A stretch of 64,000 nt of DNA from Octopus vulgaris (Eukaryota): positions 44,392,001 through 44,456,000 of the forward strand of contig OX597821.1 of NCBI GenBank assembly GCA_951406725.2. Direction: 5' to 3'. Position 1 is the first letter of the stretch, and each line of letters opens with the position of its first letter. Below, one piece after another: positions 11,811-26,224 of this stretch. Under the pieces are notes generated by a model. The model was given only the letters and a program-made list of their open reading frames with translations, had not been told where the DNA came from and did not search any database. The position numbers and the translations under genes are program-made.

Positions 11811-12799
11811 TATAGAAAGGTTTAACTTTACACTTACAAACATTTCATGTTATCTTTAAAAACAATCAGAGTTAATTAATGAGTAAACAAAACTTACTGA
11901 AGTGTTTAAGTAGATTAACCACAATGTTACATTTATTATGATAACCATATCTTTGAAAATAATTACCCAGAAACGTCATCTGCATAAAAAGACAATAGTT
12001 AAGTTATTTATGTATTGACTTGAAGTTAAGCAAATATATATTGGAATTAATTAATTATGATAATTTATTCTAATATAATGATAATTAATTTAACCAAATC
12101 TACATTTTTATATATAATGTTATCAGTGTTATTGTATTCCAGTTTGGTGTAGCTTTATATTCTTGAAAAGGCATCAACATCACCACTTCACATTTGATCT
12201 TAACTTAAATTCCAGGTTTTGTTCTTGTTATAAGGAAGGTAAAGCTGGCGCAGGTAGTGCACAGCTAGATTAGGTACTCTGTTGTGTCAGATTCAATACT
12301 TCACTGTTCTCAGTTAAACTCCCACTCAATTGACTTTAGTTTTCATCAGATGAAACAAGTACCAGTAATACACTGAGGGAAGATTCAGGCCACTATAACA
12401 TCTGCCTACAGAAAATTAATCTCTTGCCTAACTGAAAGGACTTGTTGTTGCTGTTGCTGTCATTGTTGTTGTTGGCTGTTGTTGCTGTTGTTGCAAATTG
12501 TTTAGTGAATCCAGTCTGTCATTCAGTTTTCATTTCTGAGTGGCTCATCCATTCCATAAATACATTCACTTCAGAAACATACTACTTTACTTTTAATTTC
12601 ACTTTCACTTCATAGAAATAGTCACTTTATTAATTCATGCACACAACACATTCACATTATAAACATTCACAAATCCATTGGCTTCATAATCCATTCCCAC
12701 ACAATTACTTCTTAAATCCAGTCACTATATACATCCACTTGATTCACAAATTCTTCATAATTCAAGGACTTGATGCAATAACTTTTATCAAAATCCTAA

Positions 12800-12934
12800 G
12801 CTTACTTTGCAACTACATGGTTTGGGGTTTAGTCCTACTATGTGGCACCTCGACAAGTATCTTCTAGTGTAGCCTTGCGCTGACCAATACTTAGTGAGTG
12901 AATTTAGTTGATGAAAACTATGTAAAAGCCTATC

Positions 12935-12965
<31 letters not shown>

Positions 12966-13087
12966 TGTATGTATGTATGTATGTATGTATACACATACAT
13001 ACATAGGCTCAAAACATCAAAGAATTTTCCATTCTTCTGGCTTGTTGTTTCTTCACTTGTCTTCATCTTTTGTTTTCTGCAAATTTG

Positions 13088-13162
<75 letters not shown>

Positions 13163-13410
13163 AGTGTGTGTGTGTTTGTAGTTATATATGTATGTATGTG
13201 TGTCTTCGTATTTGTGTATGTTCCCCCACATCACTTGACAACCAACATTGGATCTTTTTTTAGGCCCCTGAAATAAAGTGGTTTTGTAAAAGAAACCAAT
13301 AGGATAAGTACCAAACTTTAAAAAATCACTTCTAGGATCCATTTCTTTGACCAAACCTTTCAAGGCAATGCCCCAGCAAGACTGCTCTCCAATGATTGAG
13401 ACAAGTAAAA
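12800..13410 (+). mobile_element. SINE family B, degenerate, body and tail separated by expanded microsatellites
   Basis: Body GGCACCTCGACAAGTATCTTCTA at 12843, tail GAGACAAGTAAAAGAG at about 13400; homologous to the full copy at 28239. Confidence 0.7.
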
Positions 13411-13487
13411 GAGAAGAACAGAAATGTTCTATATTGTGCTCTGTTTTATACCTATGTTTCCTGCATGAGTATATTTATGTTCAGAAA

Positions 13488-13724
13488 AGGCAGCAAGCTG
13501 GCAGAACCATTAACCTGCTGGGTGAAATGCGTAGCTGTATTTCGTCTGCTGTTACGTTCTGAGTTCAAATTCCACTGAGGTTGACTTTGCCTTGCATCCA
13601 TTTGGGGTCGATAAATTAAGTACCATACCAGTTACACACTGGGGTCGATGTAATCGACTTAATACCTTTGTCTGTCCTTGTTTGTCCCCTCTTTGTTTAG
13701 CCCCTTGTTGGTAATAAAGAAGCA
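13488..13724 (+). mobile_element. tRNA-derived SINE family A with 16-bp TSD
   Basis: AGGCAGCAAGCTGGCAGAA...GAGTTCAAATTCC (B box)...GACTTTGCCTTGCATCC...TAAGTACCA. TSD TATATTTATGTTCAGA at 13470-13485 and 13725-13740. Confidence 0.9.
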
Positions 13725-14869
13725 TATATTTATGTTCAGATAGTAATTGTCTGAATTAAGCTCACTTAGTGGATATCTTTGGACCTTTAACATTGAGATT
13801 TGCTTCTTCATTATTCAATTATACTTATATGAGGTATGAATATTTAAGGTCTGGAGATAGCTAAGTAAATGTTGACTCATGGGTTGAGCCATACTTCAGT
13901 CTGATCTGGAGTAACTTTGCACCCGCTCTTGAAAATAAGAGATAAATACTATTGTTCGGTTAACATTTCAGCTGCAGTTATACAATCAGGCCACGCTGTC
14001 TTAAGTCTCTGAGAATTTAGCATAGTAACTGTAGCCCTTTTTAAATATCTTATCGAATGATGTGTTATTGTTGTATCAACAGGATTAAGGGGCTATGTAG
14101 ACGCTATTCTCTTATTGTAAATGTTCTTTTTACATCCTGTCTTTATCCTGCATTTCCACTCACTAGAAGCTTCTACACTCCTGTAGGGTAGCATAGGGTG
14201 TGCAAGATATGTAGACTGTACAAAATGACCACTTTATATATGTGTGTGTTTAACGTAGTGAAAGGTATGTTACATTTATGGAAGGACTCCTTGAAGAAAA
14301 CCAAAACCACATTTTTGTGATCTGCATTCCCAGATCCTTATATTTGGGAAGTTTCTCTATTTCTTTTGTTGATAGATTCTTTCCTGATGAGTAAATCACA
14401 TTCATCAAATTTATTAATCATGGTTTTGTGCTGCACTCTCTTATTTCCATAGCTTCCAACTACCTCTTATTATAATCAGTTACTTCTCCTCTTCAACCTT
14501 CTGCTCGGTTACCAGCAAAACTATTATTATTGTGTTGGTCTGTCAATACATCATCCAAGATTTGATTGCAGTTAGAAATATCACAATAAAGAAGATATTA
14601 CTCAACCAGAAGATATTGCTCAACCACTTCATTAACACTTTATTCTGCATTCCCTCACATCATTAAGCTACAAATTAGAAGCTTTTGCGGGAGCTGAATT
14701 TTTTGATGATGTCATGAGAACACCCATGACTGTTTTAGGACTTTTAAGATTGGTTGGAGAGTAGAAAGTTATCTACAAACCAGAGACCTGGTTTGAATTC
14801 TTGTTTCAGAGTGGACTCTGCAAAAAACTTTCAATGGTAATGTGGGATCAGAGTGAAATAAAGCATAAG

Positions 14870-15210
14870 TGACTAGATGGGGTATTAGACTGGAGGATAG
14901 ATGGCCAGGTAGGGATGTTGGACTACAGGATAGATGATTAGGTGAAGGTGGTGGACTAGAGGACAGATGGCCACATGCAGGTGTTGGAGTGAGGAGAGAT
15001 GGGCAGGTGTTGGTATAGAACTGGAGGACAGATGGCCAGGTGGGGGTATTTGACTTGAAGATGGATAGCCAGATGGGGGTATTGAACTGGAAGATAAATA
15101 AGCAGGTGGAGGTGTTAGACTGGAGGACAGATGGGTGAGAAGGAATGTTGGACTGGGAGACAGATAGGCAAGTGGGGGTGTTAGAGCGAAGGACAGATGG
15201 CCAAGTGTTA
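14870..15210. repeat. G-rich minisatellite, about 33 bp unit x10
   Basis: Consensus approximately GACTGGAGGACAGATGGCCAGGTGGGGGTGTTG. Confidence 0.85.
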
Positions 15211-15652
15211 AAGTGAATGACTTCTGTTGTATATTAACATCATTATAGGAAGAAATCTCTCATCCACTTAATATTATGCAAACCAGAATTGAGTGTCTGC
15301 TTTGTGGATGGATTAACTTGAAAAAAATTTATTTAGAGTTAGACATTCTGTTGATCTTCTCATATTGATTCCAAGAAGAATGGTGTTAAGTGACTTTGAT
15401 CAGAACTTTGCAAACCTGATTGAATGTAAATAAGCTCTTATGTTTATTCTTTAGCATTGTATCATTCACAATTTTAATAGCATTTGATATATTGAGAGTT
15501 TCATATAAAAGCCTGGAAAGGAAAAACAAAAAAAACTCATAAAAATATAAATACTTCCAAAGTACCATGAGGAAGCATGTAACACTTAAACTCACTAATT
15601 ACCACCACACAGGCCCCAACTTCTTTACACCAGTCCTAATGTTTACTTCAAA

Positions 15653-15698
<46 letters not shown>

Positions 15699-15721
15699 TA
15701 TATATACACACATATATATAT

Positions 15722-15800
<79 letters not shown>

Positions 15801-16159
15801 TATATACATATATATATATATATATTAAATTATATACCTAATATATACTTAAGTTCCTGTATGATTTTATGCTGATTTTCCTGCTATTAAACATAGATAT
15901 ATCAACATGGTAGGTTAGAATAAACAGCTCTGTGTTTTCATAGCAGATGAATTTGACTGGGTTGAATACTAAATAGTGAAACCTTTATAGTCCTTGCTAC
16001 TGTTGTAAGCTTTACTCTCTATTATTTCATATTCAGTTTATTATTGTTCAATATTTTGGCAAACTGACCAACAGCTACTTTTATTTTATGCAATTCATTG
16101 AAACCTTGTCTTTCTGCTTCCTTTGTCTTCATATTTTCAATTTATGTGTGTGTAGGTAT

Positions 16160-16450
16160 CATTGTATACATTATTGTATGTAAGTATGTTTTCATATCTG
16201 TGTGTGTGTTTGTATCATTGCCTGTCATTATATATTTGTCATTGTATGCTAGTGTGTATATGTCTTATTCTATGTAAGTGCGCCTGTATTATTGTATGTG
16301 TGTATAGATTATCAGATGTAAGCGTGTATACATTATTGCATGCCATAGTGTGTATATTATTGTATGCAAGGGTATATGTATTAGTATATGTAAGTGTATA
16401 TACATCATTGTATGTAAGTGTACATACATTATCGTACATAAGTGTGTGTA
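16160..16450. repeat. Degenerate approximately 24 bp minisatellite
   Basis: Recurring TGTAAGTGTATATACATCATTGTA-like unit. Confidence 0.6.
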
Positions 16451-16458
16451 TTTATATT

Positions 16459-16502
<44 letters not shown>

Positions 16503-17212
16503 AAATATCTATGTATTATTATACGCACCTGTGTGTATGTAGTTGTATATAAGTATATGTATGCAAGTAATGTACATATTATTTTGTGCGTCATTAGTAT
16601 ATTATAATTTGTCTTCTCTTCTTAATGTATAATTATATTTGTTGTTTTGTAGTCTAGAGTAATGTAAGTTGTTATTATATTTGCTATTTGTCATATATAT
16701 ATGCATGTCTTCACGCAGTTGTGATTTTTAATCAGTATATGTTCGTGGGTTTGCAACTTCTTAGTTGTAAATCTTTTAATCTATATTAATTACATTAACT
16801 TTAATGAAAGCCATTTGATAGTAGAATGTCAAAGATAACTTTAACGTTAATTACTAAGGCATATGTAATAAAATGATTGAATTGTTCAATACTTCTTTCA
16901 TTTTATTTTTGTCCTTTGTTTTAACTTTTTTTTTTTTAAAGTTGTAAATACAAATAAAGTTAGATTAGAAACTTTCAGATAAATGTATGTTAATATAATT
17001 TCAACACTTATATAGTGAGATATCATTTCCTAGGAGAAGCTATTGGTTACGTTATTAGGTTTATGCATGAAAGTTTATAACAAACTGATCTCTCTACATG
17101 ATCATCTGCAACAAACTGATGTAATGAAATTAGAACATAATAGGAACTTCAGATCACACACATAGACATCACATTTGTAAGGCATATTACTTTCAGAACA
17201 CATTCAAGAATG

Positions 17213-17254
<42 letters not shown>

Positions 17255-18249
17255 TAAATATATGAAAGAAATAATTTTCTTTTGAAACCAATCTGATAAA
17301 CATTCAACATATTGTCAAAACTATTGAACAACAATCTGAACAATCTGAAAAGATTTTTCCATATTTTTATGATAAATTATAATTTGATTTTTGTAGAGAA
17401 TGTGAACGTGACATTGTTGTTTTCTAAAGTAATTCAAGAATGGTAAAACATTTGGAATTTGATTGTAAGGCTTTCAGAACTGATTTTTCTGATAACATGT
17501 AAGAGAAACCTTATCAATAGTATTATGTAAGTTGATCTGTCTATCAATACAGACGAGATAAAACATATTCAACCACTGCAATTCAAATTAGGTATTACTA
17601 CTACTACTACTACTACTATTATTATTATTATCATTATTATTATCATCATGATCATCATCATACTCATCTAGGAAATTGACAAGTGAACAAATTTTAGACT
17701 TACCATTTTTTTTTTTTTGTAATAATTCCACCTAACATTGAAAATGTCTGTTTTTCTCTTCAATAAATGTGCCTTTAAAAGACATTGCAAGTAGTGGCTT
17801 GCTTATTCATGGTGCAACCATACTTGTATATAAATTGGTACAGCAAAACAATCCTTGCTCAACTATTCTTCATTTCGACCTAATAATTTTCTGGATTAAA
17901 TCAGATAGACAGTTCATCTCTTATGTCCTCCTTTCTATGCTTCTCTTTTCAGGATTGCATTTTTACTTTTTTAATGATTCTATTGACGTTATCTTTGTTT
18001 GATGGCTACTTAGTGAGCACACTCAGGTCCTTGCACTCTTTTCTAATGTTTAGCCACGATCAGTTGATCAACCCCTGTTTAACCTGCTTGGTTGGCATTT
18101 TCAACAGCTGGATGTGATAAAAAAAATATTTAAAACTTTAATATAAAAAAAAGACAAAAAAAAACTAAGCACTGCTTACTTTTACCTTAACAGTACCCAT
18201 TACCCAGGACTATTGTACTTATATCTACCTGCACCCTTATTTTCTCTTA

Positions 18250-18335
18250 TGTAAAAATATATCTGTAGTTTGGTATTACGTTGCAATGTCAGTAATAAAA
18301 ATTTATTTTTGAAGACCCTAGTTATGTTTTTTTTT
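18250..18335 (+). terminator. Candidate cleavage/polyadenylation site
   Basis: TGTA elements (18250, 18264), AATAAA at 18294-18299, downstream GT/T-rich tract (GTTATGTTTTTTTTT, about 18321-18335). AATAAA is frequent in this AT-rich DNA, so support is modest. Confidence 0.35.
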
Positions 18336-18911
18336 CTAATATTTTAATTTAGTAATGAAAATAGTTTCATTGGAGTGTGTTGGTGCCTGGATAAGAAAAA
18401 AAAACTCTTCTGGCTAACATCAGCAGTATTTGGATATGCTGGCTCCTTACTCTCAAGGGCTAAATGCTACAAGTTTTAGTTAGCTGTTGAATATTTTGTA
18501 GTTAGAAGAGAATTGTCATCGTTTAAGCTTCCTCTCTCACTATACATACACATGCACATACATGTATGTAAACACATATACATGCACATATGTATACATG
18601 TGTAGATACATATCTGTATGTAGAAATACATATACATATGTATACACCATATATGTATGTATACATACATACATGCATCCATCCATCCATCCGTCCATGC
18701 ATACATACATACATACATACATACATACATACATACATACATACATACACACATACATACATATATGCATGGATGTATATACGCATACATGTATATACAC
18801 ATACATATTTGTAAACATATATACATATATACATGTGTATGTATGTGTACACTTTTCTATACTTTTTCTTAAGACAAATAAGAGCTATTGTGATAAGGAT
18901 TATATTATTAA

Positions 18912-19455
18912 TCAATATCTATAAATCTGAAATGCGAAAAGTTTGTTTGTTTGGTTTTGGCATTGGAACAGGTTAAAGGGCACTAGATCCCGTCGGATTG
19001 ACTCCAAAATTTACAGGGACATGTAAAATGAGGTGAGGATGCGAGTGGGCTAGGTTAGAAATCCCTATCTTAAAAGGTATCATTGCTAGGGCTAAAAACG
19101 CACACTTTGACAAGTCTCCTCTCATTCTCTTATCTGCATGTCTTCCTCCGTCTCTCTCTGTTTCCTCCTTCCCATCACTTTCTCTCTATAACGACATTTG
19201 ACAGATACCACTATCTTTCCCCTGCTGCCTTTGCCAGCGCTGTCCCTCTTTCCATCACCACCTCCCCCCTCTCTCTCTGTATGTCTGTCTGCATTCATAG
19301 AGAGTTTTATTATCGCTACCATCACCACACAATCATGAGAACAAATATTATGAATCAGATATTTATTGGGTTAATTTATATATGTGTGTGCATGTGTGTG
19401 TGTTCTATATATAAATATGTATATGTAATGTATATATACAAAGTGTATATATCTG

Positions 19456-19497
<42 letters not shown>

Positions 19498-19541
19498 GTA
19501 TATATAATGCGTACACACACACACATACACACACATATATA

Positions 19542-19592
<51 letters not shown>

Positions 19593-20492
19593 GCGTGCAT
19601 TATGTGGTCGGTTGAGCTGAAAATATGCACACCAATGTTAAAAGTACTGGTGAGTTTGCATGGCAACTATTTTTTTCCTCAAATGAAAGGCATGACCTCT
19701 AGGACAAAATTCCTCATCTTATAAAATGTGGCCCGAGTAGACCCGAATGATATCGGGTTATATTAGCCAAAATGTGAAAAGGGGTCTAAATGGGGCTGGA
19801 AGGGGATTAAAATTTACAGGAGCAGGTGTTTACGAATTCTCTGTTACATCAAGCTAAAAAATTTTCAGCAGCCTTTAAATCGTCAATGTGTTGCTGTCCA
19901 TCATGAAGAAGTTTTGAATGCTTGCCATGGTGAGTCTACTGTTGTGAGAAAGAATCACTTCAAAACTTGGTGTTTTGGAATTTTCTTTTACATCAAGTTC
20001 AAAATTTTTTGCCAGCCATTAAACTGCCACTACGTTGCTGTCAATCGTTAAGAAATGCCAGCCATGGTGACTCTACTATCCTCAGATTCTATCCCTTCAA
20101 ACTTTGGTTTCCAATATTTTTTTATCTTTATTCAGCTCGCAAGTTCGTCTGTCCCTTTTAAATGTTAGTGTTTTGCTGTCTGCCTTGAAGCAGACCTTTC
20201 CATTGTCACTGCCTGATATTTATGATAGATCTTTCAAAATATTTTATTTCTCAACTTACTCAAGATCTTTTGTTGTTTATAAATGGGAGAGAGAGAGAGA
20301 GATAGAGAAAAATGGAGAGTAAGAGAAAGCGAGGGAGAGTCCGAGAGAAAGGAAGAGTAAGAGAGTGGGAAAGTGAGAGAGAAAGGAGAGAGAAACAAAG
20401 AGGGAGAATGTGATGATAAAAAACAGAAAGGAAGCAACAGAAAGTAACAACTACACTCTTACCTGCGCGTAGAGCAGGTCACCTTAAGCTAG
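18912..20492 (+). mobile_element. Non-autonomous Helitron (about 1.58 kb)
   Basis: 5' A|TCAATATCTATAAATCTGAAATGCGAAAAGTTTGTTTGTTTG (Helitron-type start with GTTT repeats). 3' hairpin ACCTGC-gcgtaga-GCAGGT (20461-20479), 9 nt spacer, CTAG|T at 20489-20492. Confidence 0.75.
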
Positions 20493-20974
20493 TCTTATAT
20501 ATATATTAATTATTTTAATTACATGAAGGACTGTAGAAAGAAGGTGTTTATTATTCAATGATTAATTAAATAGTTTTCATCCTCTACATTCATGAATAAG
20601 GATTTAGCTTTCCTAAGTGCAGTTTTGTAGGTATTTTCTTTATTTCTCTAATACAACTATTTTGTTTCTTAAGTTTTAAATTTGTTAAAATTTTTTTCTT
20701 CAAAAGTTTATAACAGAACTTTTTCCAGCCAAACAGATCAAATGTCTGACTTCATTAAAATTGAAATGATTATATAGTTTATAGGTAGTATACAGGTAAT
20801 GTATGTATAAACATGTAGCCATGTGAATGTAGATAAATTTTTAATGTGTAATGTAAGTGTACATGAATAATGGGGTTCAAATTAGTGAGAGGGTAGCTAG
20901 ACAGAAAATGTATCAGATTTAGTGTAAAAGAGAGAGACGTGTAGGTATGTGATGTGTATATAGAAGTACAGCAG

Positions 20975-21170
20975 CACAAAACAGTACCAGGTACCCAAAG
21001 TGGATTGAACCTGTGGAAGAGGAAACGTAAGAAGACTTGGGATGAAGGGATAAACTGATAAAGACCAATCTCAGCATGATGAGACTCACAATGGAGATGA
21101 CAAAAGTCTGTGATGACTGACAACACACCTGGTGCTGGAAAAAACCTTCCCACTGATGCAAAGAGCAAAA
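20975..21170 (+). mobile_element. RTE LINE 3' remnant
   Basis: TGTGGAAGAGGAAACGTAAGAAGACTTGGGATGAAG resembles the RTE C-terminal 'RGRPRKTW.E' motif seen at 35755 and 44840. Confidence 0.5.
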
Positions 21171-22064
21171 CAAACATTGAAATGGTGGTAATGATAAAGG
21201 CTGAGAGGTATTATATATCTATATTTTAGTCTCTTATTTAACGTGTCCCTGTTATGCCTTCATTTGCTGAATTCCTCACCACTTTCATTTTCCTTCATTT
21301 CTCTATTATTCATCTCTCTTTCTACTCCCTCCTCTCCCCTGTCCTCTGTACCATGCTAACCTTGTCACAAGGAAGGACATTAGCCCTGTATGTATTCAAT
21401 CACTCTATCACCATTTTTATCACCCTTACTTTTTCTCTTTCTCATGAAGGTGCATATATGAAAAATAGTATCAAACTTGTCCCTATCTAATATACCCAAA
21501 AATCACACATTTTGTGTTGTAAGCCATCTCTGTCTCTTCCCCAAGTCACTTGTTATTGACATCCGTCACTTGATGTTTCTCATCAGCAAAATATGTAGCA
21601 GCCATCAGTGTCTCTCTTCCATCACTCCCTTCACTACTACCCTCTCACCCCTTTCACTCTGTTTCTTTCATCATAGTCTCATTTCTTTCACCCAATTCAC
21701 CCCAGTAATTCACTGTTATAACTCTCTTTTCTCTTCACCATCTTCATTATGCTGCTTTGAACATAGACACTGCAAAACAGTGCGTAATTTTCAGCTTTAC
21801 CTGACACAAGGTAACTTCTTTAGTGATGTTGTCATGATAAAATGCATTACCCAGGACACTCTGTAAATTGGTTGGTGAACAAACTTGGGGTATGGGGGAA
21901 CCTGTTAAGAACATAAAAACCACTCTAGGGTTGGTACCTTATTAAAATACATTAAGTAATTTTGTGTAAAGTGGTTGGAAATAAAAAAAGGCTTCCAGCC
22001 ATGGTGATCATGCCAGTGATGGAACATAAGAGCAAGACATGATATTCTTTTCTACTCTGAAGTC

Positions 22065-22255
22065 CTGAAATTTTGGAGAAGGGGGTCGGTCAATTAGATT
22101 GACCCCAGTATGTAACTGGTACTTAATTTATCGACCCCCAAAATGATGAAAAGCAAAGTCAACCTCAGCAGAATTTGAACTCAGAAAGTAAAGACAGATG
22201 AAATACTGCTAAGCATTTCACCTTGCATGCTAACATTTCTGCCAGCTCGCCACCT
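22065..22255 (-). mobile_element. SINE family A
   Basis: Reverse complement of the 13488 element. Confidence 0.85.
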
Positions 22256-22600
22256 TAAGCAAGATGTGATATTGTAACCTGACTAGGAGAAGCAGTGACA
22301 TTAAATAAAACTGACTGTGATGACCCAGCCAACACATGCAAGAGTAGGAGGTTGCAGTGGTGTGATGGTGGTGGTGGTGATGGCAGCAGCAGTGGTAGTG
22401 GTGATGATAATGAGGATGACACCGACATTGCCGACACCAACGACGACAATGATGATGAGTAGATGATTAGTTAGATTGATGATCAGATCATATTCTAACA
22501 ATGGAAGCATAACTGAGAAGTTCAAATTACACTATGCACAGTTGTATTTTTGACAACAGTTTTATATTCTAAAATTACAGAGATAAAGAGAGATAAACAG

Positions 22601-22637
<37 letters not shown>

Positions 22638-22846
22638 TTGTTCAGATTCCATTATTTCTGGTTTGATGTTAGTAAAGCTTTTTGTTTGTTTTAATAAATG
22701 TGTTTAGTGTATTTCTCTCTGACTAAATAAATTTCAGCAAAAATATGTATCTCAATGACACCTACTACATTAAACCTTGCATTTATATTTAAGTTATATC
22801 TTCTAATTTCAACAAAGATATATATCTATTGATATATACATGTGTG

Positions 22847-22906
<60 letters not shown>

Positions 22907-25900
22907 AATATTATATACATATATATATGTATGTATATATATGTGTGTGTGTATGTATGTATGTATAACTTAATATTTTGCTTAGGCTGTATATGCATAT
23001 GCACATACATGTATGTGTGTGTGTGTGTGTATCATACATGGTTAGTATATCTTTACAATCTTCTATTACAAAGTAAAGATATTTGATGCACTATGATAGT
23101 CATCAGATTGTAACGTAAGAGAAATTAAAGTCTTTTAATAAATAACTGCAAACAGGTGTAGATAAAGGATAAAATGGAAGAAACCAAAACCAAAAACAAT
23201 TCCTAAACAATCTCACTTCATACAAACTCAACATGATTTGATGTTTTCAACAACTAAACTTAACCCTTTTTTATTTTAAATAGTTCAGTCTTATATTTCA
23301 ATACATTAGTGAAGTAAGGTGGCCAGATGGCAGAGTTGTTAGCACATTATATACCTTGTTTTGCAGTAATTTTCTGCCTCCCTCTGTTCTGAGTTCAAAT
23401 CCCACTAAGGCCAACTTTGAATTTCATTGTTATTATAATTAAATTCTTGTCCTTTACTAGAGTGAATTCTTCTCATTCTCTCTCTTTCTTCTTCATTCTA
23501 TCTTTGTCTTTCTTTCTTCCTGGAGGATATCAGCTATGGCCAGATATGGAGAGTGATCAGCTTTACAAGGTCTAAAAATTCCCAAGATACACTGTATGTC
23601 ACAAGGGTGCCACTTCAACTCCACAAAGGAATTTCACCTTTGATCATAGAGCTGCCCTACCAGATCCAACATGTGGTTAAACAATAATAAATCTTATCTT
23701 GAGGTTAATGAAAACATAAACAACTCACATTAGCATCTTGTAATTAATTCTTTAGATGATAATGTGTTAATTATAAAGACAGCTATTTCATCTCTAGACA
23801 GCTTTCTTAAATCTAATTATTTGAACATGAAGCATAATTTGCATTAATTATTCTCTGAGTGACCGTTCATCTTTGACTTTGAGTCACCTAGTAAAATTTG
23901 GTGCAGGAATTCAACTGAATAAGCCTGCATTTTATTCTTGCAGATGAGAACTGTTTCTTCATTTTGTTACTAAAGCACAAAAGCATTTATCATAAAAGAA
24001 GAAGCAGTATTGTAGATTAATTAGGTACCATCTGGAAGTTGAGAAAACTGATGAAGGTAGCAGTAATTAGTCTTCAGAAGAACTTTTCATAAATTCATTT
24101 GCCCCTATCTGAAATGAAATTCAAGGACCAAAAATAGCTAGATCCTTTCAGTCTTCTAAAACTACCATATAGTCTCCACCTCTATATTATCATCCTTTAA
24201 AATTCATCTCCCATACAGACATGAGTTGGAGGGTTTGAGAGGAGCTAGAGAACTATAGAAATGCACTGGGTTCCAATGCTTGTTTTGGCATGGCTTCAGC
24301 AGCTGGATGCACTTTCTGACACCAACCACTTTATTGAGTATTTTGGGTGCTTTCTTGAGGTACCAGCACTATAGAGATTAGTAAGTAACTTGCAAAACAA
24401 GACACCTCAACTGAGGGGTGGGGCATGTAATAGAGAGTGGGATGTCTTTATGCCATGTACTGAAAGATTAAAGTATGATAGAAGGACACAAACAGGTTTG
24501 TTGCTCTCAGCAAGATGCATGGTTACCCCTAATTCACCTGCTATTATATGAATACTTATTTTCAAGCCATGACATAGAAAAATTATCTATGTAACATTTG
24601 AACACTGAAATGTCTTGGAATTACACTTTCTCTTTGACTTATGGCCAAGTTCCATTTTGATTGATAGGTCGCTGGTTGATCTGGTCATATGTCAGATTTC
24701 TATTTTCCAACACTATTTTCATTCAAACAGGTTATAAAAATATAGAACACAAAATTTTAATTCTTAGTCATTGTACATAATGTGAAAAATACATATGTAC
24801 TCTATTGTACTGTAAACAAAAATACAATAAAAGATTAATGTAAAAATTAATACAAAGGAAATTCCACATGCAATAAAAAAAATTTGTTCCTGTGAAAAAA
24901 GTGCAGTTGGAAATGAATTTTTAATCTTTACAGTCATGTTCTTGGATTGAAGTAAATGGTTTTATTGGAGAACAAGGTGAGGTTTGTTTGAATAGTATTT
25001 TTTACTTTCCATCTCTTGAATGATGCATTTATTTTTTGTGGTCATAAGTGTAGATGGTCGTAAGATGCATAGGTCGCAAGTTGAGGAGGTGTAATTTGAC
25101 ATACTGAATCATCTTAGAAATAGAGTTGCATTGTCCAATTCACTGATCCATGGAGGGATGGCAAACAATCACACTAATAGCATTGCCCGAGCATGACCAC
25201 AACTTCTGGTGGAAACAAGTAAAAGTAAAAGTATACTTCACTTAATAACTGTGCGTTAGCTCATTGTGTCCCATTATAATTCCCTGATAAAGGATCTGGA
25301 ACAAAGCAAAAGAAATGAATAAATATCAGTGAACAAAACTACACAGTGTCTAGGTTTTAGCTTTACGCTGCAGGGAAAAAATAGAGTGTGTGATCTATCT
25401 TTTCAAACAGTGGTTCTTTGATGGAAGAGAAAATGATAAAACATGCTTTTGTGGAAGGAGAGAAGTGCACACATTGAGTAGTATCTTATGTAGTGGAAAG
25501 GAAGACATAAGGATGGTATTGCCAGGTGAGTGAGTGCACCAGGGGAGGTAAATGTGATAAAAGCAAACAGAGATTGTTGTGTGGTGGGCATGAGAGTGGC
25601 TTGAAGCTATGCATGAGTGTTCAAATCTGTGTGTGTGTGGAAGAGGAGGAGGAGGTTTGTGCATTTATATGTTAGTAATATTTTGTGTGTGTGAGAGTGT
25701 GTGTGTGCATGTGTGTGTGTGTGTGCAAGTGTGTGTCTGTGCAGAATGCCTGTGTATGTGGGTGTTTGTATGTGGTTTGTGTGAGTATATGTTGTCGATA
25801 CTTTGTATATGTGTATGTGTATATGTTGGGGATAATTTATATGTGTGTCTGGAATGGTGTATATGTTATGTGTAGGTGGTGATACATTGTATGTGTATGT

Positions 25901-26224
25901 AGGTGTCAGTATATTGTTAGAGAAAGGTGAATTAGTTGTTCTAACCATGTGACTGTGTGTCAAGGGAAAACAGAAGATTAGTCAGTTTATATTGCAACTG
26001 GATCACCAGAGAAATGCTGCAGTGTAAGACGACACCACAGACAGAGAGGAGTGCAAAGAGAAAAACAGTGGAAGAGGCGGGTCTCATTGTTTCGTCAGAC
26101 ATCAGCTTGAACATATTGCCTAAACGAATCCATTAGACTTTGAGTGGTCTCACCTACATATAGCTGTCTTTATGGTTAGCTGTCTTAATGGTTTGTGTAA
26201 GTGGATCTGTTGGTAATGTGGAAT

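Noticed and set aside
13488-13580. tRNA genes at SINE heads
   Set aside because: A/B boxes are present but there is no cloverleaf, and they continue into SINE bodies with TSDs.
14028-14100. 10-bp inverted repeat (GTAGCCCTTT/AAGGGGCTAT) as a pre-miRNA or SECIS
   Set aside because: Stem too short, loop about 45 nt and poorly paired; SECIS spacing not met.
23490-23680. Pyrimidine tract followed by a 50-codon open stretch (DISYGQIWRVISF...)
   Set aside because: No clean acceptor/donor pair or recognisable motif; probably decayed repeat.
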